Notes: generated from the letters alone by a model not told the origin. A DNA stretch of 53,226 bases from Candidatus Brocadiia bacterium (GCA_050015075.1 JBEKCB010000035.1:1-53226); one strand, 5' to 3'. Shown: positions 37,133 to 47,361, counted from the stretch's first letter. A program made the numbers and translations.

Positions 37133-40039
37133 ATGACGGTCGCCGAGTTCATCTCTATCTGGCAGAAAGCCGACCTGACTGAGCGTTCCGGTTGCCAGCA
37201 GCATTTCTGCGGCCTCTGCCGACTCCTCGGCCACCCGGAGCCGGCCGAAATGGACCCGAAGGGCGAGTTTTTCACCTTCGAGCGCGGGGCGGAGAAGAAC
37301 ACCGGCGGCGACGGTTTTGCCGATGTCTGGAAGAAGGGATGTTTCGGCTGGGAGTACAAGGGCAGGCACAAGAACCTCGACGCCGCGTACCAGCAGCTTC
37401 TGACCTACCGCGAGGACCTGGAAAACCCGCCTCTCCTCGTCGTCTGCGACATGGAGCGGATCGTCATCCGCACGAACTTCACCAACACCCCCATGGTGAC
37501 GCACGAGATTGCGCTGGCCGACCTCTCCAAACCCGAGAGCCTGGCACTGCTGCGCAACGTCTTTTTCGAGCCGGAAAAGCTCAAGCCGGGCGTCACGATC
37601 CAGTCCATCACCACCGAGGCGGCGCGGCGCCTGGGGGAGATTGCCCAGTCCATGCGCAAGCGCGGCCTGCCGGCGCTCGACGTGGCCCACTTCCTGGACC
37701 GGATGATTTTCTGCCTCTTCGCCGAAGACGTGGGATTGTTGCCGAAGGGCCTTTTCAGCAAAGTCCTGAAAAACTCCGAGGGCGATCCGGCGCGCTTCCG
37801 CAAGACCGTCGCGCAACTTTTCGAGGCGATGGCCGATGGCGGTCTTTTCGGGGCCGACAAGATTCTTCACTTTAACGGCAACCTCTTCGCCGACGCCACC
37901 GTGCTCGACATGGAAGCCGAAGAGATCGAGCGGATCGCGGAGATTTCCACCCTCGACTGGAGCGCCGTGGACCCCAGCATCTTCGGCACCCTGTTCGAAC
38001 GCGGACTGGACCCGGACAAACGCTCGCAATTGGGCGCACATTACACCAGCCGAGAGGACATCGAAGTCCTCGTCGAGCCGGTCGTCATGCAGCCCCTGCG
38101 CCGGGAGTGGCAGGAGATTCGGCAGACCTGCGACAACCTCCTGTCCACCGGCAAGAAGGACCCGGCGCCTGAGGATGCCGGGAAGAAGCTCTCGCCGGCG
38201 GTTCGCAGCAAGGCCGCCAAGCAGGCCAAGGCGATGATCGGGCAGTTTCTCCACATGAGCCTGCCTTCCCTCAAGGTGCTCGACCCCGCCTGCGGATCGG
38301 GCAATTTTCTCTACGTCACCCTACAGAAGCTCAAGGACCTGGAAAAGGAAGTCGTCCTCTACGGCGCGCGCAACGGCATGGGCGGGTTCCTGCCGATGGT
38401 CGGGCCGTGGCAGCTCTACGGCATTGAGATCAACCCCTACGCCTATGAGCTGGCACAGATGACCGTCTGGATCGGCTACCTGCAATGGGTCCGCGACAAC
38501 GGCCTCGGCAACGTCGGCGAACCCGTCCTTCGCAAGCTCGACAACTTCAAGTGCATGGACGCCATCATTGACCTGCGCGACCCGAACACTCCGAAGGAGC
38601 CGGAGTGGCCGAAAGTGGATTACATCATCGGAAATCCACCGTTCTTGGGCGGGAAGATGCTGCGCCGGGAACTGGGCGACGAGTACGTTGACCGCATGTT
38701 GGCGCTCTGGCGGGAACGAGTGCCCGCCGAGGCGGACCTGTGCTGCTACTGGTTTGAGAAGGCGCGGAGCCAGATCGAAAAGGGCCTGTGCAAACGCGCC
38801 GGCCTTCTCTCGACGCAGGGCATCCGCGGCGGCGCAAACCGGGAAGTGCTCAAACGCATCCAGATGACCGGCGGCATTTTCTTCGCCGAGAGCGACCGCG
38901 CGTGGGTCCTGGACGGGGCGAATGTTCACATCTCCATGATCGGGTTCGACTCAGGCGACGAAAAGGTACGGACGCTTGATAGCCTGAAGGTGACCACTAT
39001 CAACCCGAACCTCTCTGCACAAGCGGACATCAGCCTGGCAAAACGTCAGGCTGCAAATCTCGATATCGGATTCATGGGCGACACCAAAGTAGGCCCCTTC
39101 GAAATCGCGGAGGAAAAAGCTCTCGCAATGCTTTCGTCGCCAAACCCGCGCGCAAGCCCCAACAGCGATGTTGTGCGACCTTGGGTGAATGGCTTGGACG
39201 TTACGCGGCGACCTCAGAACATCTGGATCGTGGACTTTCCGCCCACTACCACCGAGGACGACGCCGCGTTTTATGAGGCTCCTTATGAATACGTAAAAAC
39301 GAATGTGAAGCCGATGCGGGCGACCGCACGCAGCGGAGACCGTACCGGGGTATCATGGTGGATTCACCAGCGACCGCGCCCTGACATGCGCCACGCTATA
39401 GAGAAACTCCCGCGATTCCTGTGCACTGCCCGAGTTTCCAAACACAGGCTGTTCGTGTGGCTCGAACCCTTTTCGCTACCAGACTGCCAGGTCATCGTCT
39501 TCGCCCGTTCCGACGACTACTTCTTCGGCGTCCTGCACTCGCGGCTGCAGGAGGTGTGGGCGCTGAAATTGGGAACGCGGCTTGAGACGCGGCCCCGCTA
39601 CACGCCGACCACCTGCTTCGAGACCTTCCCGCTGCCGAAGCCCACACCGGACCAGGAGAAGGCCATCGCCGATGCGGCGAAGGAACTGAACGCGCTCCGC
39701 AACAACTGGCTCAATCCGGCTGACTGGATGAAGGAGGAGATTCTGGAATTCCCAGGCTCGGTCAACGGTCCCTGGGCGCGATATGTGGTGAACCCGAACG
39801 ACAAGGGCATCGGCACCGTGCGCTACTGCCGGCTGGTTCCGAAGGATGAAGCCAACGCGAAGCTCCTCGCCAAGCGCACGCTGACGAACCTCTACAACAC
39901 CCGCCCCGACTGGCTCAAGCTGGCGCACCAGAAGCTCGACGAGGCCGTCTTCGCCGCCTACGGCTGGAGTCTCACTCTGACCGACGAACAGCTTCTGGAA
40001 TCTCTCCTCGCCCTCAATCAGCAGCGTGCGGGGCAATAA
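37133..40039 (+). CDS. MmeI-like type IIL/IIG restriction-modification enzyme (fused endonuclease, m6A methyltransferase and TRD)
   Basis: GFADVWKKGCFGWEYK (PD-ExK-like), IFGTLFE, LGAHYT, LDPACGSGNFL, GNPPF, PRYTPTTCFETFP, AHQKLDEAVFAAYGW. Confidence 0.9.
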   Translation: MTVAEFISIWQKADLTERSGCQQHFCGLCRLLGHPEPAEMDPKGEFFTFERGAEKNTGGDGFADVWKKGCFGWEYKGRHKNLDAAYQQLLTYREDLENPPLLVVCDMERIVIRTNFTNTPMVTHEIALADLSKPESLALLRNVFFEPEKLKPGVTIQSITTEAARRLGEIAQSMRKRGLPALDVAHFLDRMIFCLFAEDVGLLPKGLFSKVLKNSEGDPARFRKTVAQLFEAMADGGLFGADKILHFNGNLFADATVLDMEAEEIERIAEISTLDWSAVDPSIFGTLFERGLDPDKRSQLGAHYTSREDIEVLVEPVVMQPLRREWQEIRQTCDNLLSTGKKDPAPEDAGKKLSPAVRSKAAKQAKAMIGQFLHMSLPSLKVLDPACGSGNFLYVTLQKLKDLEKEVVLYGARNGMGGFLPMVGPWQLYGIEINPYAYELAQMTVWIGYLQWVRDNGLGNVGEPVLRKLDNFKCMDAIIDLRDPNTPKEPEWPKVDYIIGNPPFLGGKMLRRELGDEYVDRMLALWRERVPAEADLCCYWFEKARSQIEKGLCKRAGLLSTQGIRGGANREVLKRIQMTGGIFFAESDRAWVLDGANVHISMIGFDSGDEKVRTLDSLKVTTINPNLSAQADISLAKRQAANLDIGFMGDTKVGPFEIAEEKALAMLSSPNPRASPNSDVVRPWVNGLDVTRRPQNIWIVDFPPTTTEDDAAFYEAPYEYVKTNVKPMRATARSGDRTGVSWWIHQRPRPDMRHAIEKLPRFLCTARVSKHRLFVWLEPFSLPDCQVIVFARSDDYFFGVLHSRLQEVWALKLGTRLETRPRYTPTTCFETFPLPKPTPDQEKAIADAAKELNALRNNWLNPADWMKEEILEFPGSVNGPWARYVVNPNDKGIGTVRYCRLVPKDEANAKLLAKRTLTNLYNTRPDWLKLAHQKLDEAVFAAYGWSLTLTDEQLLESLLALNQQRAGQ

Positions 40040-40092
40040 ACGGCGCCTGCGAATGCTCGCCGCTGGAGGCCGGCCTCCTTCCGATCCTGCCC

Positions 40093-42636
40093 TTACTTGG
40101 CCACGTTGATGGTGAACCGCTGCGTGTCGCTGCCCACGCGCTCGGTGCTGGTGCTGACGACCTTTTCCGCGCCCCAGCCGGCACTGGCCGGGTCGAGGTT
40201 GCGCACCTCCCGGTCGGTGGTCACGGTGACGACCACCTCCGCCTGGCCCGCCGCGTCCGGTGTGCCGGACAGGAGCCCCGTCGCGGCGTCTAGCTTGAGC
40301 CACGCCGGCCCTTTCTCCAGCGCGCAGGCGGGGTGCTCGACGTCCCAGTAGCCGGCCGCGTAGTCGCCGCGCGCCAGGCGGTCCCTCAGATCGCCGATGG
40401 AGCGGACGACGCCGACCTGATAACGGTACGCCTCGCCTGCCCGGGCCGTCGTCGCCGGGGCGCTGTAGATGATGGGACGCGGCGCGGAGGCATAGTCGGA
40501 AGGACCGCTCCGCTTCCCCTGGGCGTCAACCGCCACCACGCGATAATAGGCCTTGTTGGCCGTCGGCAGGCTGACGCCAGGACCCAGGATGGGCAGCTCG
40601 GTCGCAGTGGTCTCTGTAATGAAGTTCGCGGGGAAGGGCGATCTCACTTCCTTGCTCGCGCCGACCTGCACGGCGCAGGGCGCGTCGCTGACCGAGAAGC
40701 CCTTCTCATCGCTCCCGTAGACGCGGTACTTGGCGGGCGGACGGCCCACGGGGTTCGGCTTCCAGTTCAGTACGCCCCGGTGCGCGGCCGCATCATAGGC
40801 CATCGTCACCTCCAGCGGATAGGCCGGCCCGTCTGCCGTGAAGCTCCACCTGCTGCTCCAGGGTCCCCAGACGCCCTCCGCGTCCTTCGCCCGCACGCGC
40901 CAGTAGTAAGTCGTGCCCGGCGTCAGCAGGCCGGCGGACCGCAGCGTGTACTGCGCCTTGCCATTGTCCCCGGTCCGCGAGATGAGCCGGTAGAAGTTGG
41001 TCGAGAGCGGCCAGCGGATGTCCGCGTAACTGGACAGTACGAACTCGTAGTCCGTGATGGCATGCCCGTCCGGATCAGTGGCAGGCTGCCAGCGGAAGAC
41101 GATGTCCGTGCCGTCCGACCGGCCCTCGTCGGCGGGGTAAACAGCCGCGGCGGACGCCGGCGGGGGCTTGGAGGAAGAGCGCTCGACCCACACGTGCGTT
41201 ATGCTCACGCGGCGGCCGCTCGGGGAATCGTCGGTGTAGAGGAACTTGTTCTCTCCGGCGCCCATTTCGGGCATGGCCAGCGGCGCCATCTCCAGGTCGT
41301 TGACGATGCGCAGCGCCTTGAGCCGGGCATCGCCTTGCAGTTGACAGCGCAGGCGGTATTCATACCACGGTCCCCCTTCGCACGGTAACACATTGTCGAG
41401 GCTGCCGTTCGAGACGTCCGCCCATCTCTTGTTGTCCGTGGAGAATTCGAACTTTGCGCCCGAGCCCTGGGCCTGGAAGCGGCCGCCCACTAAGGGGTAC
41501 GGGCTGCGCATCAGCCAGACGATCGTGCCGGTCTTGTCCGGCTCGGCGGCCAAGCCCTCCGGCGCAGTCTGCACGGCGTCGGCGCTCTCCGCGCCGGGGC
41601 GCCAGATATCCTTCGTGAAATCCGGCTGGTATTCCCATAACCCGTTGCAGAGGGTGTTCAAGTATCGGGGGCTGGAAGAGCCGTGGTACCTGGGCGGGCT
41701 GAGATGGCCCCAGCGCCAGGTGAAGGATTCCCCGGGGCGCAGCACCATGTCCATCGTCGTACCGTGCTTGCCGTCGCGCGGGCCGCTGACCACGCCTTCG
41801 TGCGCGTAGCAGGCGGCCCAGTTCTCGTCGATCTGACGGTAATCGCCGAGCAACATGCCGCCCGTGTGCGCGCGCTTCACCAAGTCATGGTCGCGCACCA
41901 GGTCCTGGTCGTTGGCCACCGTCGCGTTGTCGCGCAGCAGGAAGACACAGTGCTGGTCGCCGTCCAGGTAGCGCCAGCCGCCGTCGAAGAAGACGCGCGA
42001 GGTCGTGTGGCCGAGCGTCCCGGCCGAGGGGGCGACCTTCAGCCCGGCCTCGCGCCAGAGCGCGACCAACTCGGTGGCATTCGAGCCGCACTCGTAGCAG
42101 CCGTAGACGTTGTAGATCCTCACGGGGTCCATGCCGTCGTCACCTTGGGCATCGCCGTGGTAGTGGTGGCGGCAGTCCTGCCACCAGATGGCCCACGCCT
42201 TCTCGGCGTCGGTCATGCCGGGCTTGACGGCCGACTCGACGATCTGCTTCACCGTGCGGAAGTCGTTGTGCCCGTTGGAGAGCCAGGGGTTGATCACGTT
42301 CGTGTCGCCGACGTTCTCTATGCGCACGGCCCGGTTCGACTCCCACGTCTGTTCCAGAGCGCCCTCCATGTTCATGCCCACGCCCATGGGAGAGCGGCAG
42401 CTCCGGCCATCTATCGTGCCTCGCTGCACGACGGTGTAGGCATCGCGGCCGTCGGTGATCAGTTCCACTTGGTCCTTGACGACGTCGCCGGGCTTTGCCT
42501 GGCTCGCCCAGGGCGCTTGGGCCGCAGCCCAGGGCGCGCGGGTCGGGTCAACGTTCTCACTCTCCTGGCCGGCGCCGGCCGTTGCCGCCAACGCCCACAC
42601 AACACATGCGCTCAGGGCCAGGCAGTTCGCGTTCAT
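40093..42636 (-). CDS. Secreted multidomain protein: transglutaminase-like core, FN3-like and Ig-like domains
   Basis: Signal peptide; YGCYECG...GHT...GGWRYLDGD Cys-His-Asp spacing; LTPGTTYYWRVRA..GPWS; GPAWL.LD..TG.LSGTP. Confidence 0.65.
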   Translation of the reverse strand: MNANCLALSACVVWALAATAGAGQESENVDPTRAPWAAAQAPWASQAKPGDVVKDQVELITDGRDAYTVVQRGTIDGRSCRSPMGVGMNMEGALEQTWESNRAVRIENVGDTNVINPWLSNGHNDFRTVKQIVESAVKPGMTDAEKAWAIWWQDCRHHYHGDAQGDDGMDPVRIYNVYGCYECGSNATELVALWREAGLKVAPSAGTLGHTTSRVFFDGGWRYLDGDQHCVFLLRDNATVANDQDLVRDHDLVKRAHTGGMLLGDYRQIDENWAACYAHEGVVSGPRDGKHGTTMDMVLRPGESFTWRWGHLSPPRYHGSSSPRYLNTLCNGLWEYQPDFTKDIWRPGAESADAVQTAPEGLAAEPDKTGTIVWLMRSPYPLVGGRFQAQGSGAKFEFSTDNKRWADVSNGSLDNVLPCEGGPWYEYRLRCQLQGDARLKALRIVNDLEMAPLAMPEMGAGENKFLYTDDSPSGRRVSITHVWVERSSSKPPPASAAAVYPADEGRSDGTDIVFRWQPATDPDGHAITDYEFVLSSYADIRWPLSTNFYRLISRTGDNGKAQYTLRSAGLLTPGTTYYWRVRAKDAEGVWGPWSSRWSFTADGPAYPLEVTMAYDAAAHRGVLNWKPNPVGRPPAKYRVYGSDEKGFSVSDAPCAVQVGASKEVRSPFPANFITETTATELPILGPGVSLPTANKAYYRVVAVDAQGKRSGPSDYASAPRPIIYSAPATTARAGEAYRYQVGVVRSIGDLRDRLARGDYAAGYWDVEHPACALEKGPAWLKLDAATGLLSGTPDAAGQAEVVVTVTTDREVRNLDPASAGWGAEKVVSTSTERVGSDTQRFTINVAK

Positions 42637-42827
42637 GGCTCCTCGCTCCAGGTAACAGAAGGTAGTAGTCTTGTACGACGCCGCGAAGCGGTTGTCAATG
42701 AAGGACGGGGTTCCTCTTGACTCAGTTCCGTCTTTAAACGCGCTGCTGGACATTGCACGGTGCGCAGGTTACAGTACCGGAATCGGTCGCTGAGAGCTTG
42801 GTCAATTCAGGATAGGAGCGCAGGCAC

Positions 42828-44387
42828 ATGAAAACGACTCTGGGGTCGGTGGGCGTGACTTTGGCGGCGGTGACGGGGCTGGCGGCCGTGCTCGGGACGG
42901 GTTCTGCGGCGTTGGCGCAGGAAGAGCGCACGCCGGACGCCCTCTTCCAGCAGATCGTCCGCGAAACCACTGCGACCATCGCCAAGGACGGCGCCGGCGA
43001 GCTGTTCGGCTGGAACGTCAGCTACTACGCCGGCGGCTTCGTGGCGGGCTACCAGCGCACGAAGGACACCGCGTGGCTCGATGGCGCGCAGAAGGTCTCC
43101 GAGTACTGCATCAGCAAGATGCGCGCCGGCCCTGACGGCTACAAGGGGTGGGTCGGCGAGGACCAGACCGACCGCGGCACCTGGGCGGACACGCACGTGG
43201 GCGATGCGATCATCGTCGCCCACATGCTGAGTTTTTCCGAACTCGTCCTGAAAGACCCCGAGCTGAAGAAGAAGTACGGCGACGCCGCCCAGAAGTACGT
43301 GGACCTGGCCAGGCGCGAGCTGTTCGAGAAGTGGGAAAAGCGCGGCACGTGGAAGGAAGATCGCGCCTGGGGTTGCTACGTCGCCTGGGACATGAACTGC
43401 ACGCAGGCCCATCCCGATGTCTGGAAGAAGGACACGATGCCGTGCATCAACCTGCCCTTCAATAAGAACAACAGCCTGGGCGTCTGCGCCCTTCGCCTCT
43501 ACCGCATCACCGGCGACGACAAATGGCGCGACCACGCCTTCAAGATCTTCGCGTTCACCAAGAGCCGCTTCCAGCTCGTGGACGAAGCCGGCTTCAGCTA
43601 CTACAACTGGGACTACTGGGAAGCCTTCGGCCCCGAGAGCGTGGACCTGGCCAAGCACGACACGCGCCACTGGATGAACGTACACCCCGGCCGGCCCTAC
43701 GCCGCGGGCGAGGTCGGCCAGATGGTCGAGGCCTACAACACCGGCGTCGTGTTCGACAAGACCGACATCGAGCGGTTCATCAATACCAATCTCAAGATCA
43801 TGTGGAACGGCGACAAGGCCAACCCCCACTACTCGAACTCCAACTGGAAGCTCCCCATGCCGCTCGGGCCCGATGGCAAGCCGCTCCCGCCCGAGGTCAA
43901 CAGCGCCGCCGCTCGGCTTTGGACCGGCCTGTCGCAGTTCAGCCAGGAGATCCGGGATTTAGAGGGCGGCCGCGGCGGACGCGGACGCCGCCCGGCGGCC
44001 GATCGCCCCATCACCTTCGACCGCCTCTATTGTGCCGAGAAGGATGCGAAAATTTTCGACTGGCCCTACTATCATTCCTGCAAGAGCCTGACGGTCGCTG
44101 CCGTCCTGCCCAGTATCGTCAAGAAAGGCAACTCGGCCATCCTCCTGTGCAAGGCGCGCACCCCGCAGGACCCCTTCGAGATCGCCCTCTACAGCGCGGA
44201 CGGCAAGGAGAAGATCCTGGTCATCCATCAGGGCAAGATTGACGGCGGCCTGGATGGTCACGCGGGCATCTTCATCCTCCCGTGGGATCCGGCCTCCAAC
44301 AAGGACACGCCGCTGAAGGGCGACTATCGGGTCCGCTGGACGGGCGTGGACGGCTTCCGAGAGTTCCCCCTTACGATCACGGAGTAG
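42828..44387 (+). CDS. Secreted hypothetical protein, possibly an (alpha/alpha) toroid carbohydrate-active fold
   Basis: Long high-GC3 ORF with AGGAG RBS and signal peptide; YQRTKDTAWLD and LYRITGDDKW helical-hairpin motifs. Confidence 0.6.
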   Translation: MKTTLGSVGVTLAAVTGLAAVLGTGSAALAQEERTPDALFQQIVRETTATIAKDGAGELFGWNVSYYAGGFVAGYQRTKDTAWLDGAQKVSEYCISKMRAGPDGYKGWVGEDQTDRGTWADTHVGDAIIVAHMLSFSELVLKDPELKKKYGDAAQKYVDLARRELFEKWEKRGTWKEDRAWGCYVAWDMNCTQAHPDVWKKDTMPCINLPFNKNNSLGVCALRLYRITGDDKWRDHAFKIFAFTKSRFQLVDEAGFSYYNWDYWEAFGPESVDLAKHDTRHWMNVHPGRPYAAGEVGQMVEAYNTGVVFDKTDIERFINTNLKIMWNGDKANPHYSNSNWKLPMPLGPDGKPLPPEVNSAAARLWTGLSQFSQEIRDLEGGRGGRGRRPAADRPITFDRLYCAEKDAKIFDWPYYHSCKSLTVAAVLPSIVKKGNSAILLCKARTPQDPFEIALYSADGKEKILVIHQGKIDGGLDGHAGIFILPWDPASNKDTPLKGDYRVRWTGVDGFREFPLTITE

Positions 44388-44397
44388 GAGGTCACGC

Positions 44398-45810
44398 ATG
44401 CCGAAGACCGAGTTCCCCAAGTCTTTCCTGTTCGGCGCGGCCACTGCGGCCTATCAGATCGAAGGCGCCGTTCATGAGGACGGCCGGGGAGAGTCCATCT
44501 GGGACCGCTTCTCCCACAAGAGCGGGACCATCAAGAACGGCGACACCGGCGATGTGGCCTGCGACAGCTACCACCGCGTTGACGAAGACATCGCCCTGAT
44601 GAAGAACACGGGCCTTCAGGCCTACCGGTTCAGCATCGCCTGGCCGCGGGTTGTCCCCGACGGCGACGGCGCGGTGAATCCCAAAGGCCTGGACTGGTAC
44701 TCGCGCTTCGTGGACAAGCTGCTGGCCGCCGGAATCCGGCCCTTCGCCACGCTGTATCACTGGGACCTGCCGCAGGCGCTGGAGGATAAGTACGGCGGCT
44801 GGCGCAGCCGCAAGACAAGCGAGGCCTTCGGGCGATACTCCGAAGCCGTCGTCCGACGACTGGGCGACCGCGTCAAGGACTGGATGCCGATCAACGAGAT
44901 GCCCGCCGTCATCGTCGCCGGCTATGGCTGGGGCCGTCACGCGCCCGGCATTGTCGAGACCCGCGCCGGCCTCAACCGCATCCAGCACAACGTTCTGCTT
45001 GCCCACGGCTACGGCGTCCGCGCCGTCCGCGAGTCCGGGCGGCGCGGCTGCCGGGTCGGCACCGCGATCAACCCGCGCTGCTATGTTCCCCTGTGCGACA
45101 GCAAGCCCGACCATGTCGAAGCCGCCGCCAAGGCCTTCGCCCACTTCAACGGCCCCATCCTCGACAGCATCACGTTCGGCCGCTACCCCGAGAAGTGGAT
45201 CGCCGGACTCGGCGCCGATGCTCCGGCCGTCGAACCGGGCGACATGGAACTGATCTCCTCCCAGTGCGACTTCATCGGCCTGAACATCTACAGCGGCTCC
45301 TACGTCCGCCCGCCGTCGGAAGCTCCCGGCGCGAAGGCCATCCCGCCAGGCAACCTGGGGATTCCGAGCCTCGCCCTCGACCCGACGCCGGCCGATGGAT
45401 TCCTCGAAATCGCAATGCCCGCAGGCTATCCCAAGGCCGGCGGCATTAACATGCTTCCCCAGGCCATTTACTGGGGCGTGCGACACGCCGTGCAGGTCTA
45501 CGGCTATAAGAAGGTCTACATCACCGAGAACGGCTGCCCCTTGCAGGATCAGTTGGTCAACGGCGAAGTCCAGGACCTGGAACGCGTCCTGTACTATCGC
45601 CTGCATCTCCAGTCCGCGGCGCGGGCCGTGGCGGAGAAACTGCCGCTCAAGGGCTACTTCATCTGGTCGCTGCTGGACAACTTCGAATGGAGCGTGGGCT
45701 ACAGCGAGCGGTGCGGCTTCCACTACGTGGACTACGCCACCCAGAAGCGCACCCCGAAATTCAGCGCCGGATACTACGCCGCCTGTATCGCCGCGCGGCG
45801 AGTGGTGTAG
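44398..45810 (+). CDS. Beta-glucosidase, glycoside hydrolase family 1
   Basis: FLFGAATAAYQIEG, YRFSIAWPR, TLYHWDLP, INE acid/base, ITENG nucleophile, WSLLDNFEW. Confidence 0.95.
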   Translation: MPKTEFPKSFLFGAATAAYQIEGAVHEDGRGESIWDRFSHKSGTIKNGDTGDVACDSYHRVDEDIALMKNTGLQAYRFSIAWPRVVPDGDGAVNPKGLDWYSRFVDKLLAAGIRPFATLYHWDLPQALEDKYGGWRSRKTSEAFGRYSEAVVRRLGDRVKDWMPINEMPAVIVAGYGWGRHAPGIVETRAGLNRIQHNVLLAHGYGVRAVRESGRRGCRVGTAINPRCYVPLCDSKPDHVEAAAKAFAHFNGPILDSITFGRYPEKWIAGLGADAPAVEPGDMELISSQCDFIGLNIYSGSYVRPPSEAPGAKAIPPGNLGIPSLALDPTPADGFLEIAMPAGYPKAGGINMLPQAIYWGVRHAVQVYGYKKVYITENGCPLQDQLVNGEVQDLERVLYYRLHLQSAARAVAEKLPLKGYFIWSLLDNFEWSVGYSERCGFHYVDYATQKRTPKFSAGYYAACIAARRVV

Positions 45811-45858
45811 AGGGGCAGCGGCGGATTGCAAGCTAATGAGTTGCAAGCCGTTTCAAGC

Positions 45859-45927
45859 TGGTCGGGGCAACTGGCGCAAGTTTGAACCGTCTGCCACAAC
45901 CGTTGTGCCGTTCGTATCTCTATTCCT
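45859..45927 (+). repeat. Cassette left-flank motif, copy B (tRNA-Pro-like att core plus recombinase-tail-like codons)
   Basis: TGGTCGGGGCAACTGG...TTTGAACC resembles the reverse complement of a tRNA-Pro acceptor/T-arm; homologous to 17736-17800. Confidence 0.65.
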
Positions 45928-45934
45928 GCTGCCA

Positions 45935-46723
45935 TCAGGGCCGAACATCCAGCTGGGGTGGTAATTCGTCCTGCAACTCCTCCGCGCGACTGCGCGCGGC
46001 AAGAGCTTGTAGTTGGATTATCATGAGCCATTCGCAGAGCCACTTGAGAAATCCAGGAGTTGCAACAATCACGCCGCCTTCGTCATCACGAAAAGCAATA
46101 CCCGCGATAGACATGGAGAACGTACCGTGGGAAAGCGCATTCCTGATCCGGCGCACATAATCAGCATTCAGGAGTTTCCGGATGCGACCACAGCACGGCT
46201 TGCGAGCCGCTGCACCTTGCGCAATCAAGCTCGATAAAGGACCCTCGCGCATGTAAACTAACGCCAAGTAGAGTCGCAGCACCAAGGACCCCACCATTGT
46301 AATGCGAACCCGTACCGGAAGCGGGAGGTCCATCGCTGCGTCGAAAGGTGTGCGTGGTAGTCCGTTCCGGCGCTGATCGAGCGAGGCCGCCAAACTAAAC
46401 CAGAAAACTCCGTTTGCAAGGTCATCGAAATCATCGAATCGCGCCGCTGGCGAAGTAGTTAACTCTCGCAACAATTCTTCTGAAGTGAGGCGACTTGTGA
46501 GATCGTCAAGAATCTCACGGCAAACCCCGAATTGCCTGCGCACCTCTAAGTCATCGAGAACAGCGTGCAGATCGTTGATATCCTGAACAGGGACGATCAG
46601 ATTTGCAGGGAGAACACCTGCGTCGAAGCCCTCGGACGGCCCCTCATCGGCAACGCCATATGTGGAATAGAACCGTCGGAGGAGGTCGACAACATCTCTG
46701 ACTTCGGCGTCTCCGTTTGTCAA
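45935..46723 (-). CDS. HEPN-domain-like protein; cassette cargo
   Basis: C-terminal RRIRNALSHG (RxxxxH); lower GC; TTG start behind GGGGAGG. Confidence 0.65.
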   Translation of the reverse strand: MTNGDAEVRDVVDLLRRFYSTYGVADEGPSEGFDAGVLPANLIVPVQDINDLHAVLDDLEVRRQFGVCREILDDLTSRLTSEELLRELTTSPAARFDDFDDLANGVFWFSLAASLDQRRNGLPRTPFDAAMDLPLPVRVRITMVGSLVLRLYLALVYMREGPLSSLIAQGAAARKPCCGRIRKLLNADYVRRIRNALSHGTFSMSIAGIAFRDDEGGVIVATPGFLKWLCEWLMIIQLQALAARSRAEELQDELPPQLDVRP

Positions 46724-46811
46724 TCCGGTTGCCTCCCCTGCAAGTTTGAACGGTTCTGCTTTGACGGACGCATTGTAACCCGCTTGCAGAAATGAAGAAA
46801 GCCCTGTGCCT
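46721..46811 (-). promoter_or_regulatory. Shared cassette leader, copy B
   Basis: 69/91 identical to 18347-18437; TACAAT, GGGAGG, TTG. Confidence 0.8.
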
Positions 46812-46827
46812 CATCGGCACAGGGCTT
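46799..46827. terminator. 12-bp perfect hairpin between the cassette leader and the att-like core
   Basis: AAGCCCTGTGCC-TCATC-GGCACAGGGCTT. Confidence 0.65.
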
Positions 46828-46837
46828 CTGATGCAAC

Positions 46838-46917
46838 ATGGTCGGGGCGGGCGGGCATGTAGCCTACAGGTGGAGTTCACCGCCAAGGACCTGGCCCGCT
46901 TCGCGGCGTAACGAACC
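46838..46917 (+). repeat. att/recombinase-tail-like repeat, copy 2 (homologous to 209-286)
   Basis: Matches 209-286; translates GRGGRACSLQVEFTAKDLARFAA-stop with no upstream gene body. Confidence 0.8.
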
Positions 46918-47361
46918 ATCGGTCTACCCTCCGGAAGTATCGGTTGACCCATCAAGGATGGTCCCAGAATACCAGTGACGCTTTAGCGACCTCTTTCGCG
47001 GGAAGAACGCTGGGAGGAATATGGATATTTAGCCTGTCGGAGAGGGAGAAAGAGAGAGCGAGGAACGGTGCGAAGAACCGTGCGGAGACCATATTTTCCG
47101 CAACACGGCGCCAGATCGAGAGGCGGAGCTTCCGGGCGCGTCTTGCATTTCCTTTTTACGTAAGAGGTCTCAAAAGATCGGGAAGGTCTGTAATTCAATA
47201 TTCTCGGAAACGCTCAGTGCGGGGCTTTCAGCCGCGATGAGTAGAGGGGTACGTGGTGGTTTCGCCGAGGGGGCTGGTTCCGCCGGCGGCGCTGGGGCAG
47301 AAAAAACGAGCGGTTCGACTTCGCGGAGAGAGAAAACTCGGCGCCCATCGCGCGTACGAAA

